DNA of 58,935 nucleotides from Gemmatimonadota bacterium. GTDB taxonomy: Bacteria > Gemmatimonadota > Gemmatimonadetes > Longimicrobiales > Gaopeijiaceae. Where the stretch lies: assembly GCA_007122885.1 (NCBI GenBank), contig SKSR01000132.1, forward strand, positions 1 through 58,935, written 5' to 3'. This document shows positions 1 to 9,245 of this stretch, piece after piece. The notes below the pieces were generated by a model. It was given only the letters and a program-made list of their open reading frames with translations, had not been told where the DNA came from and did not search any database. The translations under genes and the position numbers were made by a program. The first letter of the stretch is position 1; each line of letters begins with the position of its first letter.

Positions 1-204
1 GAGGTCGCTCTCAGGGTCCTTCAGATGGTGGCGGAGGGGGTGCCTTCGGTGGAGCAGTGGATCTTCATCAGTGAGGACCATCTTCCCGACCGCTTTCCGG
101 ACCTTCTCCCCCGGGTTGTAGAGGTGCTCCCCGATCCGGGGCCGGGCCGCTCCCCGTTCCGCGTCTTGAGGAATCCCTCCCACGGGGTCGCTCTCGGCCG
201 TTAA
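1..204 (+). CDS. 3-prime end of an unidentified protein (partial, runs off the left edge)
   Basis: Frame 1 is open from nt 1 to TAA at 202-204 (...VEQWIFISEDHLPDRFPDLLPRVVEVL...). GC-rich third positions. No family recognised. Its stop overlaps the convergent hyuA-like stop. Confidence 0.3.
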   Translation, partial: EVALRVLQMVAEGVPSVEQWIFISEDHLPDRFPDLLPRVVEVLPDPGPGRSPFRVLRNPSHGVALGR

Positions 205-2228
205 TCCGGGCGCCCGTCTCCGGGAGCGGCCGGCCCGGCCCGCCCCGAACGGGTGAGGAGCAGCGCCCCCGACGGATGTACCTTTCCTTCCCAGCCGTTC
301 GGGATCCAAGTGGTGGAGCTGTACTCGAGGATCTGGGCCGGCCCCTCCAGGCGGTGGCCCGCCGGCAAGTTCCTGCGCCAGAACCTGCGGACGGGGACCC
401 ACCCTCCTTCCGTGAAGACTTCCCCCCCGCCGGTGGGTGCCGGCTCCGAAGCCGGGGGAAGGGGGGATGATGGAGGCGTCCGACCGGCCGCCGAAAGACG
501 GACCCGGAGTGTGACGGCTTCCAGGGGGTGTTCCCTCCGCTCGTACCCGTAGCGCTCCAGATGCCGCTCGTGGAAGCGTGTGACCCATTCTTCCGCAGGG
601 ACCCCGAGCTCGAAGCTTTGTCCTCGGTAGCGGGCATCCACCGTTCGCTCCACCGTGACGGCCCCGGGGGCATGACCTTCCTTCTCCATCACCGAGCGGG
701 CCTCCGTCTCCATCCGGTCCAGCTCCCTTCGAACCGCATCCTCGGTTCCGCGCTCGTCGGTGGACAAGAGAACCGTCCGGGCGTGCTCCCGGGCCACCGG
801 TGCCACCAACATCCCGAACGCCGAAAGGAGCCCCGGATCGGGCGGGATCAGCACGCGGCTCATGCCCAGCCTCTCCGCGAGCTCTGCAGCGTGCAGGCCT
901 CCGGCTCCTCCAAATGCGACCAGGAGGGAGTTCCGGGGATCGTGGCCCCGGTCCACCGAAATGACCCGCAGGGCCCGTTCCATGGCCGTGTTCGCCACGG
1001 AGATGATGCCCAGGGCGGCTTCCTCGGGAGAGCGTTCCAGGGCTCCGGAAAGCTCCGCCACGGCCTCCTTCAGTCCTTCCAATTCCAGCGTCTCCCGACC
1101 TCCCAGGAAACCGTCCGGAGGAAGTCGGCCCAGGAGGACATGAGCGTCGGTCACTGTTGTTTCCCTGCCTCCCCGTCCGTACACGATGGGACCCGGGTGG
1201 GCGCCGGCGCTTTCCGGGCCCACCCGAAGGACCCCTCCGGGATCAATCCGGGCGATGGAGCCGCCTCCCGCTCCTACCGTATGGATGTCCAGAAGTGGAA
1301 TGGCCACCGGCGTGTCCGCGATCCGGAACTCCCGGGTCCGGATCAAGCGCCCTGGGGCCAGGGCTACGTCGGTGGAGGTGCCTCCCATATCGAAGGAGAG
1401 GATCTCGTCCATCCCGACGGTCCGACCCCACTCCGGGGCTCCCACCACGCCTCCGGCCGGACCGGAGAGGACGGTGTGTACCGGCTCCTGGGAGGCTCGC
1501 TCCACCGACAGCGCTCCCCCGTCCGAACCCATGATTCGGACGGTTTCGGCTCCGGCCGAAGTGGCGAGTCGGCCCAGATACCGGGAGATGACGGGCCGGA
1601 CGTAGGCGTTCACCACGGTGGTGGCCGTTCGCTCGTATTCTCGGTACTCGGGCAGGATACGGGAGGACAGCGAAACCGGGACCGGAAGATCGGAGAGGAC
1701 GCGGGCCACCTCTTCCTCGTGAGCGGGGGTGGCGTACGCGTGTAGCAGAGAAACCGCCACCGACTCCGCGTCGGCCAGCCGGTCCGGAAGCTCCTCCAAC
1801 TCGGTGGAATCCAGCGGGCTCAGTTCTCGACCATCCCGATCCAACCTTCCGCCGATTCCCACCCGGTCTCCCCGGTCCACCAAGGGGCTGGGCCGGACGG
1901 GGTGGAGTGCGTACAGTTCAGGGCGGTTCTGACGTCCGATCTCGACCACGTCCTGGAAACCGTCGTTCGTCACCAGGAAGACCCGGGCTCCCTTCCGTTC
2001 CAGCAGGGCGTTGGTGGCCACCGTGGATCCGTGCACGAGGTGGAAGCTCCCCTTCCTTTGGAGGAGTTCCCGGAGGCCGCGGAGGACGGCCGTCGAGGGG
2101 TCGTCGGGGGTGGAGGGCACCTTGAGGGTTTTCAACCCTTCGGAGTCCAGGAGTATCAGGTCGGTGAAGGTGCCTCCGGTATCCACCGCCACCACGGGAG
2201 TTGACTTTCCTTGCGCTCCGGAGGACAT
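201..2228 (-). CDS. Hydantoinase/oxoprolinase family protein (HyuA-like, N-methylhydantoinase A type)
   Basis: MSSGAQGKSTPVVAVDTGGTFTDLILLD N-terminus and overall family resemblance. ATG at 2228 is preceded by GAGGAGG. The ORF-track start at 2273 is probably an upstream extension. Confidence 0.85.
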   Translation of the reverse strand: MSSGAQGKSTPVVAVDTGGTFTDLILLDSEGLKTLKVPSTPDDPSTAVLRGLRELLQRKGSFHLVHGSTVATNALLERKGARVFLVTNDGFQDVVEIGRQNRPELYALHPVRPSPLVDRGDRVGIGGRLDRDGRELSPLDSTELEELPDRLADAESVAVSLLHAYATPAHEEEVARVLSDLPVPVSLSSRILPEYREYERTATTVVNAYVRPVISRYLGRLATSAGAETVRIMGSDGGALSVERASQEPVHTVLSGPAGGVVGAPEWGRTVGMDEILSFDMGGTSTDVALAPGRLIRTREFRIADTPVAIPLLDIHTVGAGGGSIARIDPGGVLRVGPESAGAHPGPIVYGRGGRETTVTDAHVLLGRLPPDGFLGGRETLELEGLKEAVAELSGALERSPEEAALGIISVANTAMERALRVISVDRGHDPRNSLLVAFGGAGGLHAAELAERLGMSRVLIPPDPGLLSAFGMLVAPVAREHARTVLLSTDERGTEDAVRRELDRMETEARSVMEKEGHAPGAVTVERTVDARYRGQSFELGVPAEEWVTRFHERHLERYGYERREHPLEAVTLRVRLSAAGRTPPSSPLPPASEPAPTGGGEVFTEGGWVPVRRFWRRNLPAGHRLEGPAQILEYSSTTWIPNGWEGKVHPSGALLLTRSGRAGPAAPGDGRPD

Positions 2229-2271
2229 TCGGGCCTCCTCAGGCTCCTTGCAGATCGGTGGATCCGTGACC

Positions 2272-3780
2272 ATGGACCTCGTGCCCGGCTTCCAGGATTT
2301 CGTAGGCCTTTCCCGGAACGCCCGGATCGTTCCCCTCCGCCGCGAGATCCTTTTCGATCTGGATACGGCGGTGACCGCCTACGGGAAGGTCAGGCGGGGT
2401 CCGTTCGGCTTTCTCCTGGAGTCGGTGGTCGGGGGGGAGCAGTGGGCCCGCTACACCTTCCTGGGCACGGAGCCTCGTTGGGCGTGGCGCCTTCGGTCCG
2501 GGACGGTGGAAACCTGGACTCCCGACGGCGGGTGGATACCCCGGGAGGACCGGGATCCGCTCCGTGACCTGGACCGCCATCTTCGGGAATGGACGCCGGC
2601 CCCCGTACCCGGCCTCCCCCGGTTCTGGGGAGGGGCCGTGGGGTACTTCTCGTACGACTGGGTCCGGTACCTGGAACGGCTTCCCCATCCTCCCCCCGAC
2701 GATCTCGGCCTTCCGGAAGCCCTCCTCCTGTTCACGGATGTGGTCCTTGCCATCGACAACTTGCTGGGGCGGGCGATGCTCGTGGCGGCGGTTCCGGTGG
2801 AGTCGGGCCTCTCCGAGGGGGAGCTTCGCCGGCGATACGACGAGGCCGCCCAGAAATTGGATCGGGTGGAGGAGCGACTTCGAACCGACGAGCCCCCCTC
2901 CGCGCTTCGGCTCCGGCCCGACGCTTCTCCGGACCCGGTGGTGGAGAGCACCTTCACCCAGGAGGCCTTCGAGGAAGCGGTGGAACGGGTTCGGGATTAC
3001 ATCCTGGCGGGCGACGCCTTCCAGGTGGTTCTCAGCCAGCGCCTCTCCATGCCCATGGCCCACTCCCCCTTTGCTCTGTATCGCGCCCTCCGGACCCTGA
3101 ACCCCTCGCCCTACCTCTTCCTCCTGGAGCTGGACGACCTGGCTCTGGTGGGATCCTCTCCGGAGGTTCTCGCCAGACTGGAGGATGGGACGGTGACGGT
3201 TCGTCCCATTGCGGGAACGCGACCGAGAGGAGCCACCCCCGAGGAGGACCGGGCCCTTGCCCGCGAGCTGGAGGAGGACGAGAAGGAGTTGGCCGAGCAC
3301 CGGATGCTGGTGGACCTGGGGCGCAACGACGTGGGACGGGTCTCGGAGTACGGAACGGTCCGCGTCCCTGAGCTCATGGAGGTGGAGCGCTACTCCCACG
3401 TGATGCATCTGTGCAGCCAGGTGGAAGGGAGCGTGAGGGAGGATTTCTCGGCTCTCGACGTGCTTCGGGCCTGCTTTCCTGCAGGGACGGTTTCCGGGGC
3501 CCCGAAGGTCCGCGCCATGGAGATCATCGACGAGCTGGAGCCCGTCCGTCGGGGCCCATACGCCGGGGCCGTGGGGCACATCGGTTACGGCGGCCACACC
3601 ATGGATACGGCCATCGCCATCCGTACTCTCTTCCTCCAGAGGGGGGTCGCCCACGTCCAGGCGGGAGCGGGGGTGGTGGTGGATTCGGATCCCCGGAAGG
3701 AGTACGAGGAGACCTTGAACAAGGCCCGGGCCCTCCTCCGGGCTGTCGCCTCCCTGCCCCAAGATCCGGCGGGCCCCTGA
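2272..3780 (+). CDS. trpE: Anthranilate synthase component I
   Basis: Internal ATG at 2272 (MDLVPGFQDFVGLSRNARIVPLRREILFDLDTAVTAYGKV). Chorismate-binding motifs (GDAFQVVLSQR, PEVLARLEDGTVTVRPIAGTRPRG, FPAGTVSGAPKVRAMEIIDELEP). Confidence 0.9.
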   Translation: MDLVPGFQDFVGLSRNARIVPLRREILFDLDTAVTAYGKVRRGPFGFLLESVVGGEQWARYTFLGTEPRWAWRLRSGTVETWTPDGGWIPREDRDPLRDLDRHLREWTPAPVPGLPRFWGGAVGYFSYDWVRYLERLPHPPPDDLGLPEALLLFTDVVLAIDNLLGRAMLVAAVPVESGLSEGELRRRYDEAAQKLDRVEERLRTDEPPSALRLRPDASPDPVVESTFTQEAFEEAVERVRDYILAGDAFQVVLSQRLSMPMAHSPFALYRALRTLNPSPYLFLLELDDLALVGSSPEVLARLEDGTVTVRPIAGTRPRGATPEEDRALARELEEDEKELAEHRMLVDLGRNDVGRVSEYGTVRVPELMEVERYSHVMHLCSQVEGSVREDFSALDVLRACFPAGTVSGAPKVRAMEIIDELEPVRRGPYAGAVGHIGYGGHTMDTAIAIRTLFLQRGVAHVQAGAGVVVDSDPRKEYEETLNKARALLRAVASLPQDPAGP

Positions 3781-3907
3781 CCCCACCCTTCCGCCCCGAA
3801 GATCGACCGCCCGGCGCCCGCGCGGTGGATTCGGAACCCGGGAGGGATCCCCTACCAACCCAGCCGAGGGTGGGACGTCCCGGCCAAAGGGACCCCGGGG
3901 GTGTTCC

Positions 3908-4270
3908 TCAACGGCCGAGGAGCTCTCGGACGTTCTCGACGGGACGGGCGAGTACTGCCCGGTTCCCCCGTTCCACAATGGGTCGCTGGAGGAGGTTGGG
4001 CTCGTCGAGGATGAGCTGGATGATTTCGTCGTCGGAACGGCCATCGTCGTCCTCGATCCCGAGCTTCCGCGCCTCCCGGGTTCTCAGAACCTCCCGGGGC
4101 CCGAGCCCCGACTTCCGGAGCAGCTCCCGGAGCTTGGCTTCCTCCAGTGGCTCTACGAAGTAGTTCACCCGCTGGAAATCCACTCCCTCCTCGTCCAGGA
4201 GCTTCTTGAGCTTTCGGCAGGTGGTACAGGTGGGCTTTTCGTAGACGGTGAGCTCGCCTTCGCCTTCCAT
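3908..4270 (-). CDS. ArsC/Spx-family thioredoxin-fold protein
   Basis: VYEKPTCTTCRKLKKLLDEEGVDFQRVNY N-terminal CxxC motif and LLQRPIV motif. Start taken at internal ATG 4270 (MEGEGELTVYEK). Confidence 0.8.
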   Translation of the reverse strand: MEGEGELTVYEKPTCTTCRKLKKLLDEEGVDFQRVNYFVEPLEEAKLRELLRKSGLGPREVLRTREARKLGIEDDDGRSDDEIIQLILDEPNLLQRPIVERGNRAVLARPVENVRELLGR

Positions 4271-4396
4271 GTTAGTCCTCCGGTACGTACGGTCCAGGAA
4301 TCCAGTCATGTGCCACAGCACTTCCGCGACACATCACCGGGTGGCCGGCGTCAGAATCGGCTCCCCAGCCTGTGGGCTCGGACCGGAGGGCAGCCG

Positions 4397-5773
4397 TCAT
4401 CCGCTCGGTCCGAGTCTTCCGGCCTCCCGGTAGAAGTGGACGAGTGTCCGGATGCCGGACTCCACATGGGCGTCCGGGAACCACTCGTTCGGCGCGTGCA
4501 TGTTGGACCCGGGAAGTCCAAAGCCCAGAAGGACCACCTGGGCCCCAAGGAGCTCTTCCAGGTCCCGGACGATGGGGATCGTCCCTCCTTCCCCGGTGAG
4601 GACGGGCCGGCGGCCGAATCCCACCTCCAGCGCGTTCCGGGCCGCTTCCAGGAAAGGACCCTCCAGCTCGGCCCGCCATGGGAGCCCTCCGTGCAGAACC
4701 TGCATCTCGGACCGCACGCCCGGCGGGGTGGCCTGCCGAAGATGGCGGCGGAGGAGCTCGGCCACCCGTTCCGGATGCTGGTCCGGAACCAGGCGAAAGC
4801 TCACCTTTGCCCGCGCCCGAGACGGAAGCACGGTCTTGGCCCCCTCTCCGGTATAACCGCCGACGATACCGTTCACGTCGCACGAAGGACGGATCCAGGT
4901 CCGTTCCAGAGGCGTGTATCCCTTCTCCCCTCCCAAGGCGGCTACGCCGAGGGACGCCCGGTACTCCTCCTCATCGAATGGGAGGGCTCCAAGGGCTTCC
5001 CGGGTGCCCTGGTCCCACTCCACCACGTCGTCGTAGAAGCCGTCGATGGCGATCCTCCCGCCCTCATCGTGGAGAGAGGCCAGGATCCGGGCCAGGGCGT
5101 TGGCAGGATTCTCCACCGCACCTCCGAAGGACCCGGAATGGAGGTCGCCGGTCGGACCTTGGACGGTGATCTCGAAGTACGCGAGGCCTCGGAGGGAGAA
5201 GAGGAGCGAAGGGAGGCCCGGTGCGAACATGTTCGAGTCCGAGATGACGACGGCGTCGGCCGTCAGGCGTTCCCTCCTTTCCTCAACGAACGGGAGGAGG
5301 TTGGGGGAGCCCACCTCCTCCTCCCCTTCGAACAGGGCGACCAAGTTCACCGGCAGCCTCCCGTCCGTGGCCAGAAAGCACTCCAGTGCCTTCAGGTGGA
5401 GGAAGAGCTGGCCCTTGTCGTCGGTGGCCCCTCGAGCGTAGATCCTACCGTCCCGAACCCCCGGTTCGAAGGGAGGGGTGGTCCACTCCTCCATGGGTTC
5501 CGGAGGTTGGACGTCGTAATGCCCGTAGACCAGGATGGTGGGCGCCGACGGACCTGCCTCCATCCACTGTCCCACTACGACAGGGTGCCCGGCGGTGGGT
5601 GCCACCTCAGCTTCGAGTCCGATCTCGAGGAGCTGCTCGTGAAGCCATCGGGCCGCCCGGGCCGTGTCGGCCCGATTTTCCTCCCGGGCGCTGACCGAGG
5701 GAATCCTCAGAAATTCGAAGAGCTCCTCCCGGAACCGGGGGAGCTCTCTTTCCAGATACGCCTCGGGAGACAT
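4397..5773 (-). CDS. M20-family metallopeptidase (dipeptidase / ArgE-DapE-CPG2 type)
   Basis: FLRIPSVSA, ILVYGHYDVQPP, RGATDDKGQ and FEGEEEVGS motifs typical of M20 peptidases. Confidence 0.85.
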   Translation of the reverse strand: MSPEAYLERELPRFREELFEFLRIPSVSAREENRADTARAARWLHEQLLEIGLEAEVAPTAGHPVVVGQWMEAGPSAPTILVYGHYDVQPPEPMEEWTTPPFEPGVRDGRIYARGATDDKGQLFLHLKALECFLATDGRLPVNLVALFEGEEEVGSPNLLPFVEERRERLTADAVVISDSNMFAPGLPSLLFSLRGLAYFEITVQGPTGDLHSGSFGGAVENPANALARILASLHDEGGRIAIDGFYDDVVEWDQGTREALGALPFDEEEYRASLGVAALGGEKGYTPLERTWIRPSCDVNGIVGGYTGEGAKTVLPSRARAKVSFRLVPDQHPERVAELLRRHLRQATPPGVRSEMQVLHGGLPWRAELEGPFLEAARNALEVGFGRRPVLTGEGGTIPIVRDLEELLGAQVVLLGFGLPGSNMHAPNEWFPDAHVESGIRTLVHFYREAGRLGPSG

Positions 5774-5805
5774 GGAGGCGAGCGGTAGGAAGGTTTACCT
5801 GACCG

Positions 5806-6084
5806 TCAGATGAACACGCGGATGCTCAGGCGATAGAGCCACGCCATGAAGCCGGCCAGGAAGACGGCGCTCAGCATCCCTCCGACGCTGAGCGCCGACG
5901 GGTGGGGAAAATGGAAGAGTCCCACCCCCAGCATCCCTCCCACCACCGCTCCAAAGGCACCGAAGAGGACCAGGATGGTGTTGTGTCCCGGCTGTTCCTC
6001 GGGGACTTTGGTCACCGCCTTCATCGCGTAGCCGATGAAGCCTCCCAGAACGATCCAGATGCCCACTCCGATCCAGTTCTCCAT
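5806..6084 (-). CDS. GlsB/YeaQ/YmgE-family small stress membrane protein
   Basis: MENWIGVGIWIVLGGFIGYAMK... Gly-rich transmembrane segments, about 92 aa. Start at internal ATG 6084. Confidence 0.75.
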   Translation of the reverse strand: MENWIGVGIWIVLGGFIGYAMKAVTKVPEEQPGHNTILVLFGAFGAVVGGMLGVGLFHFPHPSALSVGGMLSAVFLAGFMAWLYRLSIRVFI

Positions 6085-6186
6085 CGCTCGTCCGATGCTA
6101 GAAATGGTTGTTTTCCACTCGCACACAAGGCGATGCTAATCTAGGCGGAAGGAGAGGTTCCGGCCACCCCCGGTTCCCGGCAGCCT

Positions 6187-6840
6187 CTACTCCATGCCCA
6201 TCCGTCGCTTGAGCTCCCGGAGGCGCTCCTCCACTTCCGGGCCCTTGGCTCCGTCGGCGGATGGAGCGACCCCGTCGTCCGCCATTTCCTCGGTGAAGGC
6301 CCTGGCGGCTTCGGCTCGCGATTCCTCGTCTCCCACCCTTTCGCTCATCCGCTGCAATTCCTCGAAGAGGGCGTCGGCTTCCTGAAGGGTCTTCCGCCCC
6401 TGGGCCCGGCTCGCCTGGGCCATCATGTCGGCCCTTCGGACATCGGCCTCCCGAACCATCCGGGTCATCTCCTCCAACTCGGACTCCCGGAGCTCGAGCT
6501 CCTCCCTCAGAGCCAGGGCCTTCCGTTCCAGGACGCGAGCACGCTTTTCATGTTTCTCGGCGTAGCCCCGGGCCACCTGAACCGTCTCGTCGTCATCGAT
6601 CTCCCGAGCCAGTTCTTCCCTTCGTCGGCAGGTGGCGGCCTCTTTGCGCTCCTCCTCCGCGGACCGAAGGGTGGAGCGGATTTCCTCCTTGAGGCGCTCC
6701 ACCGCCTCTTCCGTCTTGTTCAGCTCGCGCCGCATGGCCTCCACCAAACGGTCCACGGCCTCGGGCATCCGGTCCCGGTTCAGTTCGGTCTTGAAATTCT
6801 CCACCGCCTGGCGGAACGCCTGTCGAAGTTCGTCGAACAT
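6187..6840 (-). CDS. PspA/IM30-like coiled-coil protein
   Basis: 217-aa all-helical, Glu/Arg-rich heptad-like sequence with PspA-like architecture (MFDELRQAFRQAVENFK...). Family assignment is tentative. Confidence 0.55.
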   Translation of the reverse strand: MFDELRQAFRQAVENFKTELNRDRMPEAVDRLVEAMRRELNKTEEAVERLKEEIRSTLRSAEEERKEAATCRRREELAREIDDDETVQVARGYAEKHEKRARVLERKALALREELELRESELEEMTRMVREADVRRADMMAQASRAQGRKTLQEADALFEELQRMSERVGDEESRAEAARAFTEEMADDGVAPSADGAKGPEVEERLRELKRRMGME

Positions 6841-6958
6841 GGTTCCTCGGATCCCCTTGAGATGAGCCCCCTTCACCCTGCGACGACCCTCTCCGCCCGA
6901 ATGACGCTCCACTGAGCCGCCTCTCCCCAGCCATTCCCACCGAAGCCCTTCCTACACC

Positions 6959-6998
6959 AAAAAAGCCCCTCCGTCGCCGGAGAGGCGAACGGAGGGGC
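6959..6998 (-). terminator. Rho-independent terminator downstream of the ECF sigma gene
   Basis: Perfect 10-bp stem (6965-6974 GCCCCTCCGT pairs with 6989-6998 ACGGAGGGGC). On the minus strand it is followed by a T6 tract (A-run 6959-6964 on plus). It lies about 40 nt after the sigma stop at 7039. Confidence 0.8.
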
Positions 6999-7038
6999 GA
7001 AGGCTCGGCCGGCGGTCGCCGGCATCCGAGTTCGAAGG

Positions 7039-7677
7039 TCAGTTGAGCAGGTGCTCGATTCGCTGGGCGAAGGAGTTCCTCGCCCGGTGAAGCCGGCTTT
7101 TGACCGTGCCCAGGTTCACCCCCGTGATCTCGGCGATCTCCTCGTAGCTCTTGCCCTCCAGCTCCCGGAGACGGAAGACGAGTCGGTGGTGCTCGGGAAG
7201 CTCCTTCACCGTGTCCTCCACGATGCGTTCGAGATATCGCTTCCGGTAGAGATCGTCCGGCTTCATGGTGCCATCCTCGAACTGCAGCGGCCGGTGGTCG
7301 TCCTCCCAATTGTTCGTCAGCTTCTGAAAGAGCACGAGGGGGCTTCGGGACCGGTTACGGAGCTCGTTCTTCGAAAGGTTGCTCGCGATCGTGTAGATCC
7401 AGGTGGAGAACTTCTTGCTCGTATCGAACCGATGCAGGTGCCGGGTGACCCGGATGAAGGCCTCCTGGACCAGGTCCTGGGCTCGGTCCGGATCTCCCGT
7501 CTTTCTGCTGATGAAGTGGATCAGGCGCTCCCGGTAACGTTCGAAAAGCTCGTTGAATGCGTCCGGCGTTCCTTCCAGGTGGGCCGTGACGAGCTCTTCG
7601 TCGGTCATTTCGCCGACGGGAGAGTCCGTGCTGCGCTCGGAACCATCTATCAAATCCTTCGAGCGGAGTTCAGCCAT
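7039..7677 (-). CDS. ECF-type RNA polymerase sigma-70 family factor
   Basis: Region 2 (FNELFERYRERLIHFISRKTGDPDRAQDLVQEAFIRV) and region 4 (YEEIAEITGVNLGTVKSRLHRAR). ATG 7677 is preceded by AGGAAGGGAG. Alternative upstream ATG at 7722. Confidence 0.85.
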   Translation of the reverse strand: MAELRSKDLIDGSERSTDSPVGEMTDEELVTAHLEGTPDAFNELFERYRERLIHFISRKTGDPDRAQDLVQEAFIRVTRHLHRFDTSKKFSTWIYTIASNLSKNELRNRSRSPLVLFQKLTNNWEDDHRPLQFEDGTMKPDDLYRKRYLERIVEDTVKELPEHHRLVFRLRELEGKSYEEIAEITGVNLGTVKSRLHRARNSFAQRIEHLLN

Positions 7678-7835
7678 CTCCCTTCCTGGGGTTGCAGGAT
7701 TCAGTTGGAAAAGGGGTGCCACCTCGGACGTCTCCCTCCGTCGTGGAACCCCTTTTGAGTGTCATGGTACTCTTCGGATTGTACCTGTCTAATATGGCCC
7801 GATTCGGTTCCAGCTTCAAGGTCCGTGCGTCGGGG

Positions 7836-8954
7836 TCAAACGGGACGGAGATCGAGGGAAAGAAGGGTTCCTCCCTCGGTGAACCCTTCGTAGAGAGCGT
7901 CTTCGGGCGCAGGTTGGCGGTCCAGGGACTCGCGGGCGGCTTCCGCCGCCGCCTCCACCTCCTCCGTCACCTCACGCTCCACCTCCTCCAGCACCGTCCT
8001 CTTCAGACCTTCCTCTTCCAAGTAAGCCTCGAAAAGGCCTACGGGATCCCGTCGTCCCCACTCCGTGAACAGTTCCTCCGGAAAGGTGTCCCTCGCCTCC
8101 CGCTCGTCGTGGGTGGCGTGGCCTCCCATGCGGAAGGTGTGGGCCACCACCACTACCGGCCCCTCCCCGGCTCGGCACCGACGGGCCGCCAGGGCGGTGG
8201 CCGCGTAGACATCCAGGATGTGGTTGCCGTCGCACTCCTCCGAAGGGATCCCGTACATTTCCGGGAACGCGGACATGGGGGCCCTGCTGTGCTGGTTCAG
8301 CCGGGTTCCCAGAGCCACCTGGTTGTTCTGCAGCACGTAGATGACCGGGAGGTCCTGCACCGCGGCGAAATTCACGCCTTCGTGGCAAACCCCGGTCCGC
8401 GTGGCGCCGTCCCCGATCCAAGTCAGAGCCACCCGGTCCTCGCCTCGCTGCTTGAAGCCCAGGGCCACGCCTGCCATGACGGGCGCGTTCGTCCCCATCT
8501 GACTGACGGGTTGGATGACCCCCTTGGCAAGGTCCCCCACATGCAGATCACGGCCGCCGTTGGGTGAATCGACGGTGGCCAGGTACCCTCGGAAGACGTC
8601 GGCTATCTCCATTCCCATCATATGACAGGCGCCGGCGTTGCGGATCATGGGATAGACCACGTCCTCGTCCCGTCGCAACGCGAAGACGCTTCCCACCGTC
8701 ACCGCTTCCTCTCCGGTGCCGAGCCAGGCCTTGGAGATGACTCCCTGCCGGACCCACCGCTTGAGCCCGATGTCCAGGAGGCGGGTCCTGAGGAGGTCCC
8801 GGTAGAGGCGCAGGAGGGCTTCTTCGTCCAGGGCCTCCACCTCCCGCTTTCGTTCGGGAGTCTCTTCGATCCGGGTCCGATACCGGTTCACCAGCTCGGG
8901 ATCCGCTTGCCAGTCCACGTACTCCGGCGGATCGTATGCGGGGTAGCGCTTCAT
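7836..8954 (-). CDS. TPP-dependent 2-oxoacid dehydrogenase E1 component, alpha subunit
   Basis: TWIGDGATRTGVCHEGVNFAAV (TPP-binding GDG...N motif), VIYVLQNNQVALGT and FRMGGHATHD motifs of the PDH/BCKDH E1-alpha family. Confidence 0.85.
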   Translation of the reverse strand: MKRYPAYDPPEYVDWQADPELVNRYRTRIEETPERKREVEALDEEALLRLYRDLLRTRLLDIGLKRWVRQGVISKAWLGTGEEAVTVGSVFALRRDEDVVYPMIRNAGACHMMGMEIADVFRGYLATVDSPNGGRDLHVGDLAKGVIQPVSQMGTNAPVMAGVALGFKQRGEDRVALTWIGDGATRTGVCHEGVNFAAVQDLPVIYVLQNNQVALGTRLNQHSRAPMSAFPEMYGIPSEECDGNHILDVYAATALAARRCRAGEGPVVVVAHTFRMGGHATHDEREARDTFPEELFTEWGRRDPVGLFEAYLEEEGLKRTVLEEVEREVTEEVEAAAEAARESLDRQPAPEDALYEGFTEGGTLLSLDLRPV

Positions 8955-9245
8955 CGCTCTTCACTTCGGATATGGGGAGAAGGAGGGCCCAACCGGCCGC
9001 CCGGGAAGGTACCCAGAAGAGGTAGCCCCGGGCAATCCGCCGTCGTTGATCGGGGGCACCCCGTGTTCGAGATTGGAGTCGGTCAGCGCGCTCACCCGGC
9101 CCGAGGGAACACTGTGTCCGACCCCGCCCATCCCGACCCACCCACGAGAAAGCCCAAGCGCCGCGTCCGGGCGCTCGTGGCGTTGATGCTCCTGGAAGCC
9201 ATCCGGGACCATGACCTTCCCGCCGAAGTGCTGGAAGACGAGAAC

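Noticed and set aside
68-673. Short overlapping ORFs at the left end (68-673 minus, 253-552 plus and similar).
   Set aside because: They are nested within or antisense to the hydantoinase gene, have low-complexity composition and carry no motifs.
7780-7811. GGAAC motif on the minus strand upstream of the ECF sigma gene, as a possible autoregulated ECF promoter.
   Set aside because: I found no convincing -10 element (CGTC/GTC type) at the expected 16-17-nt spacing.
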